From the IMG/VR virus record IMGVR_UViG_2861079508_000001: 64,000 bases of DNA. One strand, 5' to 3'. The notes under the pieces are model-generated. The model made no database searches. It was not told where the DNA came from and saw nothing but the letters and a program-made list of their open reading frames with translations. The stretch is from a virus (Duplodnaviria; Heunggongvirae; Uroviricota; Caudoviricetes). The translations under genes were made by a program, and so were the position numbers. Below are positions 9,281 to 17,551 of the stretch, piece by piece (the first letter of the stretch is position 1; every line of letters begins with the position of its first letter).

Positions 9281-10033
9281 TTAATCTTTTAGGTATAAAC
9301 CTACTGGAGTTCTTGTTTTGCGGGAGATGATAAGTACGATAAATTTCTGAACGTTAACTTGCACTTTGTTTGGGAGCCAAGAGCTTAACTCTGCATCAAG
9401 CAACAATCCTCTGTTCCACGGCAAAAATCCGGTTTCTTTCCCCATCCCGTACTCGCCTAACACATCCTCGAACGTTTCTGTTTTGGCATTGTATATACGC
9501 ACATCGCCGGTTCGCATGAGAGGCCCTGCCCAGATCTTAGCACCAGGAATGGTTTGTGTATCGTCGCAGACTAAATGCTCATACCAATGAAGAAGAAAGA
9601 GATAGGTACGGTGACACAATCCTCGCTGACGACGCTCTCTGACAGTTTCGACACCGGCTACCTGGTAACATTCGATCTCATTACCGTCTTCAACAAAACT
9701 ATATTCACGCAGAGCTATCCTACCAGCGATCGTATTTTTGTTTTCGTCCAGAAGCCCGGACTGGAGCACCTCTTTGATAATCTCTTCTTCAGGGGCATCT
9801 TCATCCGCTCGATCTAAGATGAATTCGCTCAGGTCGCCTTGGTCGCGCGCACCTACAAGTTCCATAGAGACATACAGGCAAATGTCATCTTCTGGTTCAA
9901 TGATTTCAATTTCTGAGATTTTATAGAGGGAGGCTTCATTGATAAGAAAGCCAAAACGAACAACACGAGTCTCCCCTTTATGAGGAAACTCGCTTAGATC
10001 TTTTGAATATGCGCTATCTAGTGTAGGAGCCAT
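9281..10033 (-). CDS. hypothetical protein
   Basis: 250-aa ORF followed on the minus strand by a hairpin plus T-run. Confidence 0.45.
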   Translation of the reverse strand: MAPTLDSAYSKDLSEFPHKGETRVVRFGFLINEASLYKISEIEIIEPEDDICLYVSMELVGARDQGDLSEFILDRADEDAPEEEIIKEVLQSGLLDENKNTIAGRIALREYSFVEDGNEIECYQVAGVETVRERRQRGLCHRTYLFLLHWYEHLVCDDTQTIPGAKIWAGPLMRTGDVRIYNAKTETFEDVLGEYGMGKETGFLPWNRGLLLDAELSSWLPNKVQVNVQKFIVLIISRKTRTPVGLYLKD

Positions 10034-10401
10034 TTTGTAGCAGAATCATCAGCCTTAACCGTGCTGACAATGCTACCATGATTGCGTAAGAAGCGGCGAA
10101 TAGAATGTTCAATAACCTCCGAAAAAGCCTCGATAAAACGAGACAGCTCAGGGTACTGTTTAGCTGGCTTGACTACAAAACGAACACGACCATTCAGGTA
10201 AATTGCTTCAGCTAATGGCTTCACGCTTGCACCAGCGCGCTCAACATCGTCTTTGAAGGTAACGATGAAGCGTGAGTCTTCCGGTTCAATAGCGTCATTA
10301 TTGAGCTTACGTACTTCAAGCTTGTGCTGATTCAGCACATGAGTCTCGATAATACTCGTGCAATCGCGAATAGTTTGTATAGAACGTTTCTCGTTCAGCA
10401 T
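10018..10401 (-). CDS. hypothetical protein
   Basis: 127-aa ORF overlapping downstream gene start; no motifs recognised. Confidence 0.45.
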   Translation of the reverse strand: MLNEKRSIQTIRDCTSIIETHVLNQHKLEVRKLNNDAIEPEDSRFIVTFKDDVERAGASVKPLAEAIYLNGRVRFVVKPAKQYPELSRFIEAFSEVIEHSIRRFLRNHGSIVSTVKADDSATKWLLH

Positions 10402-10625
10402 GTGTCCACCTTAGCCGTTAACACAAGTGTCATTGCGGCACCCCTCTCGGGGTTGAAGGCTACGAGGATGCGTAGCCTGTATGTGCCCACTTACGTGGAT
10501 GCCTAATAAATCTACATCAAATTACTAAATGATTCAACATGAGCTTGAGTGAACAGGCGTGTATATGAGTGAAGATGCCATCTTTAGGATAAAAGGTAAA
10601 CTGAGACCACTCATCAATCATCGAC

Positions 10626-10862
10626 TCAGTTCAGGTGCCCCCACTCACACAGCCTTTCACCTATCGTATTGTGGATAAGCAACTGTCGCTCCGTTTCCTC
10701 AGTCATAAAATCCTCTCTACTCACATAAATAGGATTTGCAGCATCGCAGAATAGCACGCCTGGAGCCTGCGTCTTAATCACGCACCCATTTATCAAACAG
10801 CTCGCGATGAACACCAGAGGCATCTTTTTGCCGCACTTCATTAACCGTTTCATTTTTGACAT
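10626..10862 (-). CDS. candidate o-spanin (small outer-membrane lipoprotein), overlapped with i-spanin gene
   Basis: Internal start gives lipoprotein signal MSKMKRLMKCGKKMPLVFIAS|C (lipobox IASC); begins inside the upstream i-spanin ORF in another frame, as in Rz/Rz1-type pairs; start choice ambiguous. Confidence 0.3.
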   Translation of the reverse strand: MSKMKRLMKCGKKMPLVFIASCLINGCVIKTQAPGVLFCDAANPIYVSREDFMTEETERQLLIHNTIGERLCEWGHLN

Positions 10863-11025
10863 CCACTGTGCTTTGAAGTCGTTTTCTGTCTTCCTGTTTT
10901 GCCTTCTCTTCCATTGCTCGTCGCGCCGCATTTCCGCCCATCGTGTAAGCGCCGACAAGAACGAAAAGAACGGCAGCCAGCGTAATCAAAGCAACTTTTA
11001 GCTTTGTCATCAGGCTGCCTAGCAT
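10774..11025 (-). CDS. candidate i-spanin (N-terminal TM + periplasmic coiled coil)
   Basis: 83 aa with hydrophobic segment LKVALITLAAVLFVLVGAYT followed by charged helical region; located in lysis cluster. Confidence 0.45.
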   Translation of the reverse strand: MLGSLMTKLKVALITLAAVLFVLVGAYTMGGNAARRAMEEKAKQEDRKRLQSTVDVKNETVNEVRQKDASGVHRELFDKWVRD

Positions 11026-11026
11026 A

Positions 11027-11719
11027 TTAGACCATCCCTTTCTGGTGTTTTCTTACCTGCGACCAGGCAATGAATCCTGCCACAACAATAGTGGCAATAC
11101 CGAAGATGATGCGTACTGTATCCCCGCTAGAGATATGACCTTGTGCTTTATCCATAGCAGCGGAAACCTGCGGCATAACATCGGCAAGCTGCGCCAGACC
11201 AATACCTGCTGTGACAGTTGCGCCTGCGGTTTCTTTAGTTACAGGAACAGCCTTCACGGTTTTCACCGGCTTAACGACGCCGGCTCGACGCAGACCTTCC
11301 TCAATAACTTCTGCCGCATACCAGGTGTTCAGCGTTTTTAGTGGACCTCGACCATTCTCGTGGCGAATGATTGCCTCAACCAAAGGTCGAAGGATGTCGT
11401 AATCATGCAGATCGATGATCATGTCTGCGGTTACACCAACGGCTTTAGACACCTCATTAATGTAGGCGTCAGTGTTGTTTTCATTCGGCGGTGCCCAACG
11501 TTCAATAACTTCACGAATGGTATCGATACTTGAGCCGTCTTTTGCGCGACGTTTGTCGTGGTAGGTAATTAGAGTCACCGCCAGCGCACGAATCCCCCAA
11601 ACAGGGTCTTTAAACGTGCAAAAGCGCGGTTCGTCTGGATTCGCAACCAGACCTTGCCACGGTGATCCTTTATCAAGATTACCGGGGTTATTATTACGAA
11701 TGCCTCTCGGAGTCTTCAT
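11027..11719 (-). CDS. lysis-cluster protein with C-terminal membrane anchor (possible cell-wall hydrolase; family uncertain)
   Basis: Start set at second ATG preceded by AGGAGA; contains GIRNNNPGNL motif and C-terminal hydrophobic helix IIFGIATIVVAGFIAW; sits between holin-like and spanin-like genes. Confidence 0.4.
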   Translation of the reverse strand: MKTPRGIRNNNPGNLDKGSPWQGLVANPDEPRFCTFKDPVWGIRALAVTLITYHDKRRAKDGSSIDTIREVIERWAPPNENNTDAYINEVSKAVGVTADMIIDLHDYDILRPLVEAIIRHENGRGPLKTLNTWYAAEVIEEGLRRAGVVKPVKTVKAVPVTKETAGATVTAGIGLAQLADVMPQVSAAMDKAQGHISSGDTVRIIFGIATIVVAGFIAWSQVRKHQKGMV

Positions 11720-11732
11720 CCTTGATCTCCTG

Positions 11733-12068
11733 TTATTGCAGTCCATTTTTTACGCCATACGCGGCTAACCCCAAAAGCAGTGCAGTAATAATGAACGACG
11801 TTATTTTAGAAACAATGCCGCCAAAGAACCCACTGGAGATGGAATCTAACCGGTTAAGGAGTTTGTCCAGATTGGAGTGTTGAATACTATGTTGCGCCGG
11901 GGTCATATCACCAAAGTAGGTTTTCAGCTGATCATTGACCTCCTGGCCAATTTCTTCACGTAGCTCTTTACCTAATTTGCCAACAACCTCCCGAGCAACG
12001 ATCGCGGCAATACGCTCAACTTGCTCTGTTGTAACGCTCGCCATCTCGTTCGACATGTTTTCCTCCAT
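11733..12068 (-). CDS. holin-like small membrane protein
   Basis: 111 aa, C-terminal TM segment ITSFIITALLLGLAAYGV; first gene of lysis cluster. Confidence 0.4.
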   Translation of the reverse strand: MEENMSNEMASVTTEQVERIAAIVAREVVGKLGKELREEIGQEVNDQLKTYFGDMTPAQHSIQHSNLDKLLNRLDSISSGFFGGIVSKITSFIITALLLGLAAYGVKNGLQ

Positions 12069-12117
12069 GAAAAGTCAAATCGGGATGGCGGATTTATATC
12101 ACATTTCACCCTTTTAT

Positions 12118-12143
12118 TGTAGGTGTGTACCTACCTATCATTC
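12118..12143 (-). promoter_or_regulatory. motif 2 element
   Basis: GTGTACCTACCTATCATTC upstream of holin-like gene. Confidence 0.45.
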
Positions 12144-12371
12144 AGCATTGCAACGGACTGATGAGAAAGCACCTACTCCTACCCATCGCCAGTTATAGAT
12201 ACTACCCGCTTTGTATAAGGTATAGTCGTTCACTTTTTTAACAGCATATATGGGTATGACTGTCTCCTGTCCACCAATGATAGCCTCACCGTAACATATA
12301 GGTGTCGGCAATTTCTGGCAGCCAGTAAGAGAGAGAACAACAGCTATTATTAGAAATAATCTTTTCATCAT
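12138..12371 (-). CDS. small lipoprotein (candidate superinfection-exclusion/receptor-blocking lipoprotein)
   Basis: 77 aa with signal peptide and lipobox LTGC; located immediately downstream of tail-fibre-associated genes, the position occupied by Llp/Cor-type lipoproteins in other siphoviruses. Confidence 0.45.
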   Translation of the reverse strand: MMKRLFLIIAVVLSLTGCQKLPTPICYGEAIIGGQETVIPIYAVKKVNDYTLYKAGSIYNWRWVGVGAFSSVRCNAE

Positions 12372-12378
12372 TTACTCA

Positions 12379-12987
12379 TCAGTTATACAGATTTCTATTT
12401 ATTACCGGTACTCTGCCATTTACGCTAAAACTATGGCCGCCATTAAGTTGGTTTACGAATATCGAGCTAACAGTATTTCCATATGCCGCATATCCATAAA
12501 CCATTGTCATGGCTCCGCCCGGTACTGGAACAGCGAACACATTCGCATATGTTGGGATTATCGCTGGTGGGTAATCAAAAACATGCCCTCCAGAGCTGTT
12601 CCACTCCGTATTATTAAGAAAGGTAAATGAAAGTGGGATATTTGCCGTATTATAGATTTCCTCCCCTTGTGCATTGAAAAAACTCATGCCCCAAGTTTCT
12701 TTTTTGGCTATACCTTTCGAAAATACGTATATCGTGGCACTAGAGTCGCTACCCTGACCTCCGAAACTGTAAATCACCTGGTTGTTACGCACTATTCTGT
12801 TGGCTATTAATGAAACAGCTTTCGAATAGGCAACAAAAATCATCGGTGAACGATCTGGAGATATTTGGGTGTTAAACTCTGTCCCGCCGGACAAAGAAAC
12901 AACCTGCTTTCTCTGAAAAACGATAGGAGACAAAGAAGGAGACATCCAGACCTTCCCGTCAGATCGATATATCTTGCTTCCGTACAT
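12379..12987 (-). CDS. hypothetical tail-fibre-associated protein
   Basis: 202 aa; start overlaps stop of upstream gene (TAATG), suggesting co-translation with 12987..13241. Confidence 0.45.
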   Translation of the reverse strand: MYGSKIYRSDGKVWMSPSLSPIVFQRKQVVSLSGGTEFNTQISPDRSPMIFVAYSKAVSLIANRIVRNNQVIYSFGGQGSDSSATIYVFSKGIAKKETWGMSFFNAQGEEIYNTANIPLSFTFLNNTEWNSSGGHVFDYPPAIIPTYANVFAVPVPGGAMTMVYGYAAYGNTVSSIFVNQLNGGHSFSVNGRVPVINRNLYN

Positions 12988-13241
12988 TATTTTTGAAAAA
13001 CCAATATGTTTAAATTACCACTAGCTCCAGACCACGAAATGGTATTTCCAGAAACCGTAAGACTTGTGTATTTTCCATTGGTTACGTCCATTATGTAATA
13101 GTCGATTCCCAATCCCGCCTCAACCTCATATGTTCTACTTCCTGAACCAGAGGGAGTAAAATAATCGAGGTAATAAACAGGGGCCAACGCATCGACCATC
13201 TCCTGTCTTGATGGCGACCAAACCTGTGCACCATAGCTCAT
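12987..13241 (-). CDS. hypothetical tail-fibre-associated protein
   Basis: 84 aa; immediately downstream of long tail fibre gene. Confidence 0.4.
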   Translation of the reverse strand: MSYGAQVWSPSRQEMVDALAPVYYLDYFTPSGSGSRTYEVEAGLGIDYYIMDVTNGKYTSLTVSGNTISWSGASGNLNILVFQK

Positions 13242-13301
13242 AAATATATCCTTATACTTTTAAGCAGGGGCTGGTTTAGTTCCAGCCCCGATTGAAGTTG
13301 T

Positions 13302-16300
13302 TTATTCTTTAGGTGAATTTAACTTCGTTTCAAGCTCCTCAACCCTTTTGGTCAATTGCTGAATATGATGAATGAGTGGTACAACCAAACGCTCATACAT
13401 CACTCCTTCAGCGACCATACCATTTGAGGAAATATCTTCTGGAGAATCATTATTTGTTGGTTCACGCCAATGGACATATTGCGGGGCAATCTCACCAACC
13501 TCTTCAGCAATAAGGCCGTAATACCCCCAATCCTTTCGGTCACCTCGACAAATTGAACGATACCAAACAGGTCTTAATGACAAAAGTTCATCAGCATATC
13601 GATCTTGTAATGTTTCAATATCCTTTTTATAGCGCCTTGAAGAGGTTGAACGCCAAACTGTATTGATACCTGGGTTTGGATCAATGTACATATTGGCACC
13701 GCTAGTAGTTGTGCCAATATCCCATATAGCAAACCCTCCACTACCGCCTGATTTGACAACCAGTGTTTCAGCAATAATATCCAGGTTGCCACTATAGCCT
13801 GTCAGTGATGATCTGCTTGCATAGGAACTTAGAAGGTTTGTTACCTCTGTTTTCGTGTAAGCATTAAGGTTAGCCGCAGTCAAAGTTATATCGGCAGAGC
13901 CATCAAACGCCACACCAGCAATTTTCCTTGCTGTCTGCAATTTTGTGGCGGTTGCGGCATTACCAGTAGTGTTCTGATTACCAGTTGTATTCACACCAGG
14001 GATTGAATCCTTAGCGGTATATACCTGCGCCCACGCTGACCATGCCGCACCTGTGTTATCTCTTCGTGAGCGAATGAAAACTGGCGCATGTGCACCGCTC
14101 GTACCACTCCAGCCAATAAGCAACTCTCCCTCACCAGCAGCACTCGCACCTTTCATGTGCAATACGTTGCCATACATGGTCGGGTAGCTATTGTTGTACG
14201 CCTCGTACATTTGAATGCCAGCAGTGCCTTGAGTAGAGCCGCTTAACGCCGTAACTCGGCCACGAGATACCAATGTATTAATGTTGATATCGCCTGAGCC
14301 ATCAAACTTAACACCATTGATGTTTCTCGCTGTTTGCAACTTCGTAGCTGTTGAAGCATTACCGTTCAAACTACCATTTACGCCACCAGTCACATTTAGT
14401 CCATTACCAATTGATACAGCACCGCTGGTATTATTAATTGTAATAGGTCGCAAACCGTTCCATGAACCTAATGTGTCTCCTGATGCTGTTAGCATGAAAT
14501 ATGTGTTCGATCCATCATTACGGATAAAGAACCCAAAGCTACCGTAAGCAATGCGGAAACCATTTGCATATTTTGAAATGATCTCGCCAGAAGATGTCAA
14601 ACCTCCAGATAATGTACCACCGGTAAGAGGTAATGCACCGACATCAGAGGCTGTTGGTTTGTTTTTCGTGTTATATACTCTTCGCCATCCCGGAGAATAA
14701 TCTGTGCCATTAAATACATAGATAAACTCCGCATTAGTGAGAGCACCAGAGACACTCGTCGTTGTGGCCGTTGTTATACGGATCGTATAATTGTTTGAGC
14801 TACTACCGTTATTAAATACCTCTATAACAGCTCCTGCCAATGGAATAACGCCACAACCAGTTTCACTATTTGGTATGGTTGCACTATTGGCATAGGCCCA
14901 CGCACATCGAGCAATCCATGACTTTGTGTTAAATGCTCCATTATTTTGCAATAACGTCACTAACTGTGCTGTTGTTATTGCTCCGCCATTACTTCCTGTA
15001 GTTAACCAACCAGTAGGAGATGCCGGGCAACCTATATTTGCTGGCGACAAGGAAATATTTGCCGAGCCGTCAAACGACACCCCATTGATAGTACGCGCAG
15101 TCTGCAACTTCGTAGCAGTAGCCGCGTTGCCCGTTGTATTCTGATTACCAGTCGTATTAACACCTGGCAAATTAATATTCGCAGTACCATCAAAGCTCAC
15201 GCCGCCGATAGTTCTTGCCGTCTGAAGTTTTGTAGCAGTTGCAGCATTACCAGTGGTGTTCTGATTACCCGTAGTATTTACACCTGGAAGGTTGATATTT
15301 GCAGAACCGTCGAAACCAACTCCACCGATAGATCTTGCCGTCTGCAATTTCGTTGCTGTACTTGCATTACCATTTAATGTTCCGGTGATCCCACCAGTAA
15401 CAGACAACGGACCTGAAACTGTTCCTCCGGTTGTTGGCAGTGCTCCAATATCTAACGGCGTCGGTTTCTGATGTGTGCTATACATCGTATAAACAACACC
15501 ATCGGTAACGCTGGAAGGCTTACTAGCTGAATATGTTGGCGATGTATAAATAGAAACTGTCGCATTTGCAGTACAATCCCAATGGATATTTACACGAGTC
15601 GCATAATTGCCAATCTCAACGTAAATATCATATGTATCGCCGGATGTGTTGATCCAGGCGAAATTCGTTAATCCGACAGCTGTACGCTTCCACAAAGCAC
15701 CTGTAATCCCTTTGGGGTTTCCATTGCCTGCTCGTAGAACCAGTTCTGAAATGCCTGCCTGATGTGGGGAGCCGACGTTGTAACCAGCGCCACCAATCAA
15801 TGCGATGTAAACGATGGAACTCGCTTGTGGCATGGTAACCGTAGCCAGTTTGAACCACCCTGCCCCGCCAGAGAAAGACATCGTTACTGAATTTAAAGTA
15901 CCAATATCTTTCGGCGTTAATGTGATATCCGCAGTCAGTGCTTTACCGTTAACTTTTCGGTTAGATGGCACCCTGCTATTCGCATTGTCATTGGCTGCTT
16001 TAACTGCTTTTGGCGTTGCGGCCAGCGATTCACTGGTGCTGTCGACAGCACTGCTAAGTTTCACAACACCTTTAGTTGTAAGGCTTGCGTCTTCCATCGC
16101 AACTGCACCGGCAATCTCTTCAGCACGATCAGCAGCAGCTTCCGCACGGGTCGCAGCGGATTCAGCAGCAGTTTTGCTCTGAGATGCTGCCGTCGCACTG
16201 CCTGCCGCCTCTGTTGCTTTCGTGGATGCCGTCGTGGCGCTGCCCTTCGCTGCTGACGCCTGTCTGGTCGCCTCATCTTTTGAAGCAGACGCAGATGATG

Positions 16301-17459
16301 CCGATGACGCTGCCGAACTGGCGGACGATGCGGCTGCCGTTTTTGAGGATTCTGCACGGGTTTCCGACGCTTTCGCGTTCGTTTCGGATGTCTTCGCTGC
16401 GGAAGCAGACCTCGCTGCTGCGCTGGCCTGTTCAGTGGCTTCGCCAGCCTTCGTTGTGGCTGTTGAAGCAGACGATGCGGCACTTTCTGCCGATTTTCCG
16501 GCGGCTGTGGCACTGGCTGAGGCCTGCCCGGCACTTGTTGACGCGGCACTGGCAGACGACGCAGCCGCTGTTTTTGAGCCTGCTGCAGCCGAGGCGCTCT
16601 GTCCCGCTGCCGTTTCAGAAGACTTGGCGTTCGTCTCGGACGTTTTTGCCGCCTTCGCGGAATTTCCTGCCGCCGTTGCCGAGGAAGCTGCGCTACTGGC
16701 GCTCGAGGATGCGTTCGTTTCTGATGATTTCGCTGCCTCTTTTGAGGCCGCCGCATCCCGGGCTGAGGTGGCAGCTTCTGACGCTTTCGTGGTCGCGGTG
16801 GATGCAGAAGTGGCTGCTGATTGTTGTGACGCTGCGGCATTCGTTTCAGATTTTTTCGCAGCAGTTGCACTCGCACTTGCGGCACTTTGTGAGGATGCCG
16901 CAGCGGATGCACTTTGAGACGCTTGAGAGGCTTTTTCTCCAGCGGTATTGGCGCTTTCTGCTGCTGCGGCAGCACTGGCCGCCGCCTCACGAGCTTTGTC
17001 GCCAGCAGCATCAATCGCGTCAGTGTTATTTTTATACCACTCAACGTTTTCGTTGTGCTCGTTGACGATCTGCATTAGCGGCTTAACGGTTACTTCTGAA
17101 CCGTCTTCACGCTCGATTGTCACCTCATCCAGAGCAGTCAACCAACTGCGCATGGACTTGGAATCAGCCGACATACGCGACATTAGTGCTGTAAAGCGCG
17201 CGCTAAACTGTGTTAAGTCGCCTTCATAGGTCGTAATGATTCGGCACGGAACTTCAGACTGAGTTTCGCCGGTATAAGGTTCTGAGAGAACAATGTTCGT
17301 ATCACTGGTTACGCGCTTGATCTCATACAGCTTATTGTCGGGGCCAATGACGATCATCCCCGGCAACACACCATTAGCTGTTACGTTCCAGGCTGTCCCT
17401 GCCCCAACCAGAGTATTGCTGCCCTGTGTAAATGTGATAGTACCTTCCCTGTACCACAT
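13302..17459 (-). CDS. long tail fibre protein with C-terminal intramolecular chaperone (peptidase S74-type) domain
   Basis: 1385 aa; ~280-aa Ala/Ser/Thr-rich low-complexity region; tandem phage-fibre repeats (ASTATKLQTAR.IGGV.FDGSANINLPGVNTTGNQNTT x3-4); C-terminal YGLIAEEVGEIAPQYV-type chaperone motif. Confidence 0.75.
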   Translation of the reverse strand: MWYREGTITFTQGSNTLVGAGTAWNVTANGVLPGMIVIGPDNKLYEIKRVTSDTNIVLSEPYTGETQSEVPCRIITTYEGDLTQFSARFTALMSRMSADSKSMRSWLTALDEVTIEREDGSEVTVKPLMQIVNEHNENVEWYKNNTDAIDAAGDKAREAAASAAAAAESANTAGEKASQASQSASAAASSQSAASASATAAKKSETNAAASQQSAATSASTATTKASEAATSARDAAASKEAAKSSETNASSSASSAASSATAAGNSAKAAKTSETNAKSSETAAGQSASAAAGSKTAAASSASAASTSAGQASASATAAGKSAESAASSASTATTKAGEATEQASAAARSASAAKTSETNAKASETRAESSKTAAASSASSAASSASSASASKDEATRQASAAKGSATTASTKATEAAGSATAASQSKTAAESAATRAEAAADRAEEIAGAVAMEDASLTTKGVVKLSSAVDSTSESLAATPKAVKAANDNANSRVPSNRKVNGKALTADITLTPKDIGTLNSVTMSFSGGAGWFKLATVTMPQASSIVYIALIGGAGYNVGSPHQAGISELVLRAGNGNPKGITGALWKRTAVGLTNFAWINTSGDTYDIYVEIGNYATRVNIHWDCTANATVSIYTSPTYSASKPSSVTDGVVYTMYSTHQKPTPLDIGALPTTGGTVSGPLSVTGGITGTLNGNASTATKLQTARSIGGVGFDGSANINLPGVNTTGNQNTTGNAATATKLQTARTIGGVSFDGTANINLPGVNTTGNQNTTGNAATATKLQTARTINGVSFDGSANISLSPANIGCPASPTGWLTTGSNGGAITTAQLVTLLQNNGAFNTKSWIARCAWAYANSATIPNSETGCGVIPLAGAVIEVFNNGSSSNNYTIRITTATTTSVSGALTNAEFIYVFNGTDYSPGWRRVYNTKNKPTASDVGALPLTGGTLSGGLTSSGEIISKYANGFRIAYGSFGFFIRNDGSNTYFMLTASGDTLGSWNGLRPITINNTSGAVSIGNGLNVTGGVNGSLNGNASTATKLQTARNINGVKFDGSGDININTLVSRGRVTALSGSTQGTAGIQMYEAYNNSYPTMYGNVLHMKGASAAGEGELLIGWSGTSGAHAPVFIRSRRDNTGAAWSAWAQVYTAKDSIPGVNTTGNQNTTGNAATATKLQTARKIAGVAFDGSADITLTAANLNAYTKTEVTNLLSSYASRSSLTGYSGNLDIIAETLVVKSGGSGGFAIWDIGTTTSGANMYIDPNPGINTVWRSTSSRRYKKDIETLQDRYADELLSLRPVWYRSICRGDRKDWGYYGLIAEEVGEIAPQYVHWREPTNNDSPEDISSNGMVAEGVMYERLVVPLIHHIQQLTKRVEELETKLNSPKE
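15050..15420 (-). repeat. tandem ~110-bp coding repeats inside tail fibre gene
   Basis: Encode the repeated ATKLQTAR.IGGV.FDG fibre motif. Confidence 0.6.
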
Positions 17460-17501
17460 GTTGAATATGCTCCTTGATTTGGTGGGCTATCCTTGCCCAC
17501 C

Positions 17502-17529
17502 ATTAAGTATGTACCTACTTATTTTTACC
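17502..17529 (-). promoter_or_regulatory. motif 2 element
   Basis: ATTAAGTATGTACCTACTTATTTTTACC upstream of tail fibre gene. Confidence 0.45.
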
Positions 17530-17551
17530 GATATAAATATTTTTTTCTACA

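Noticed and set aside
10677-10685. Perfect DnaA-box-like TGTGGATAA
   Set aside because: Single copy inside a coding region; no clustering or AT-rich unwinding element nearby, so no support for an origin.
16061-17065. Three long ORFs on both strands (327 aa minus-strand Pro/Arg/Gln-rich; 326 aa and 231 aa plus-strand) inside the tail fibre gene
   Set aside because: They coincide with the GC-rich Ala/Ser codon repeat tract of the fibre gene; translations are low-complexity and frame-shifted or antisense echoes of the real gene.
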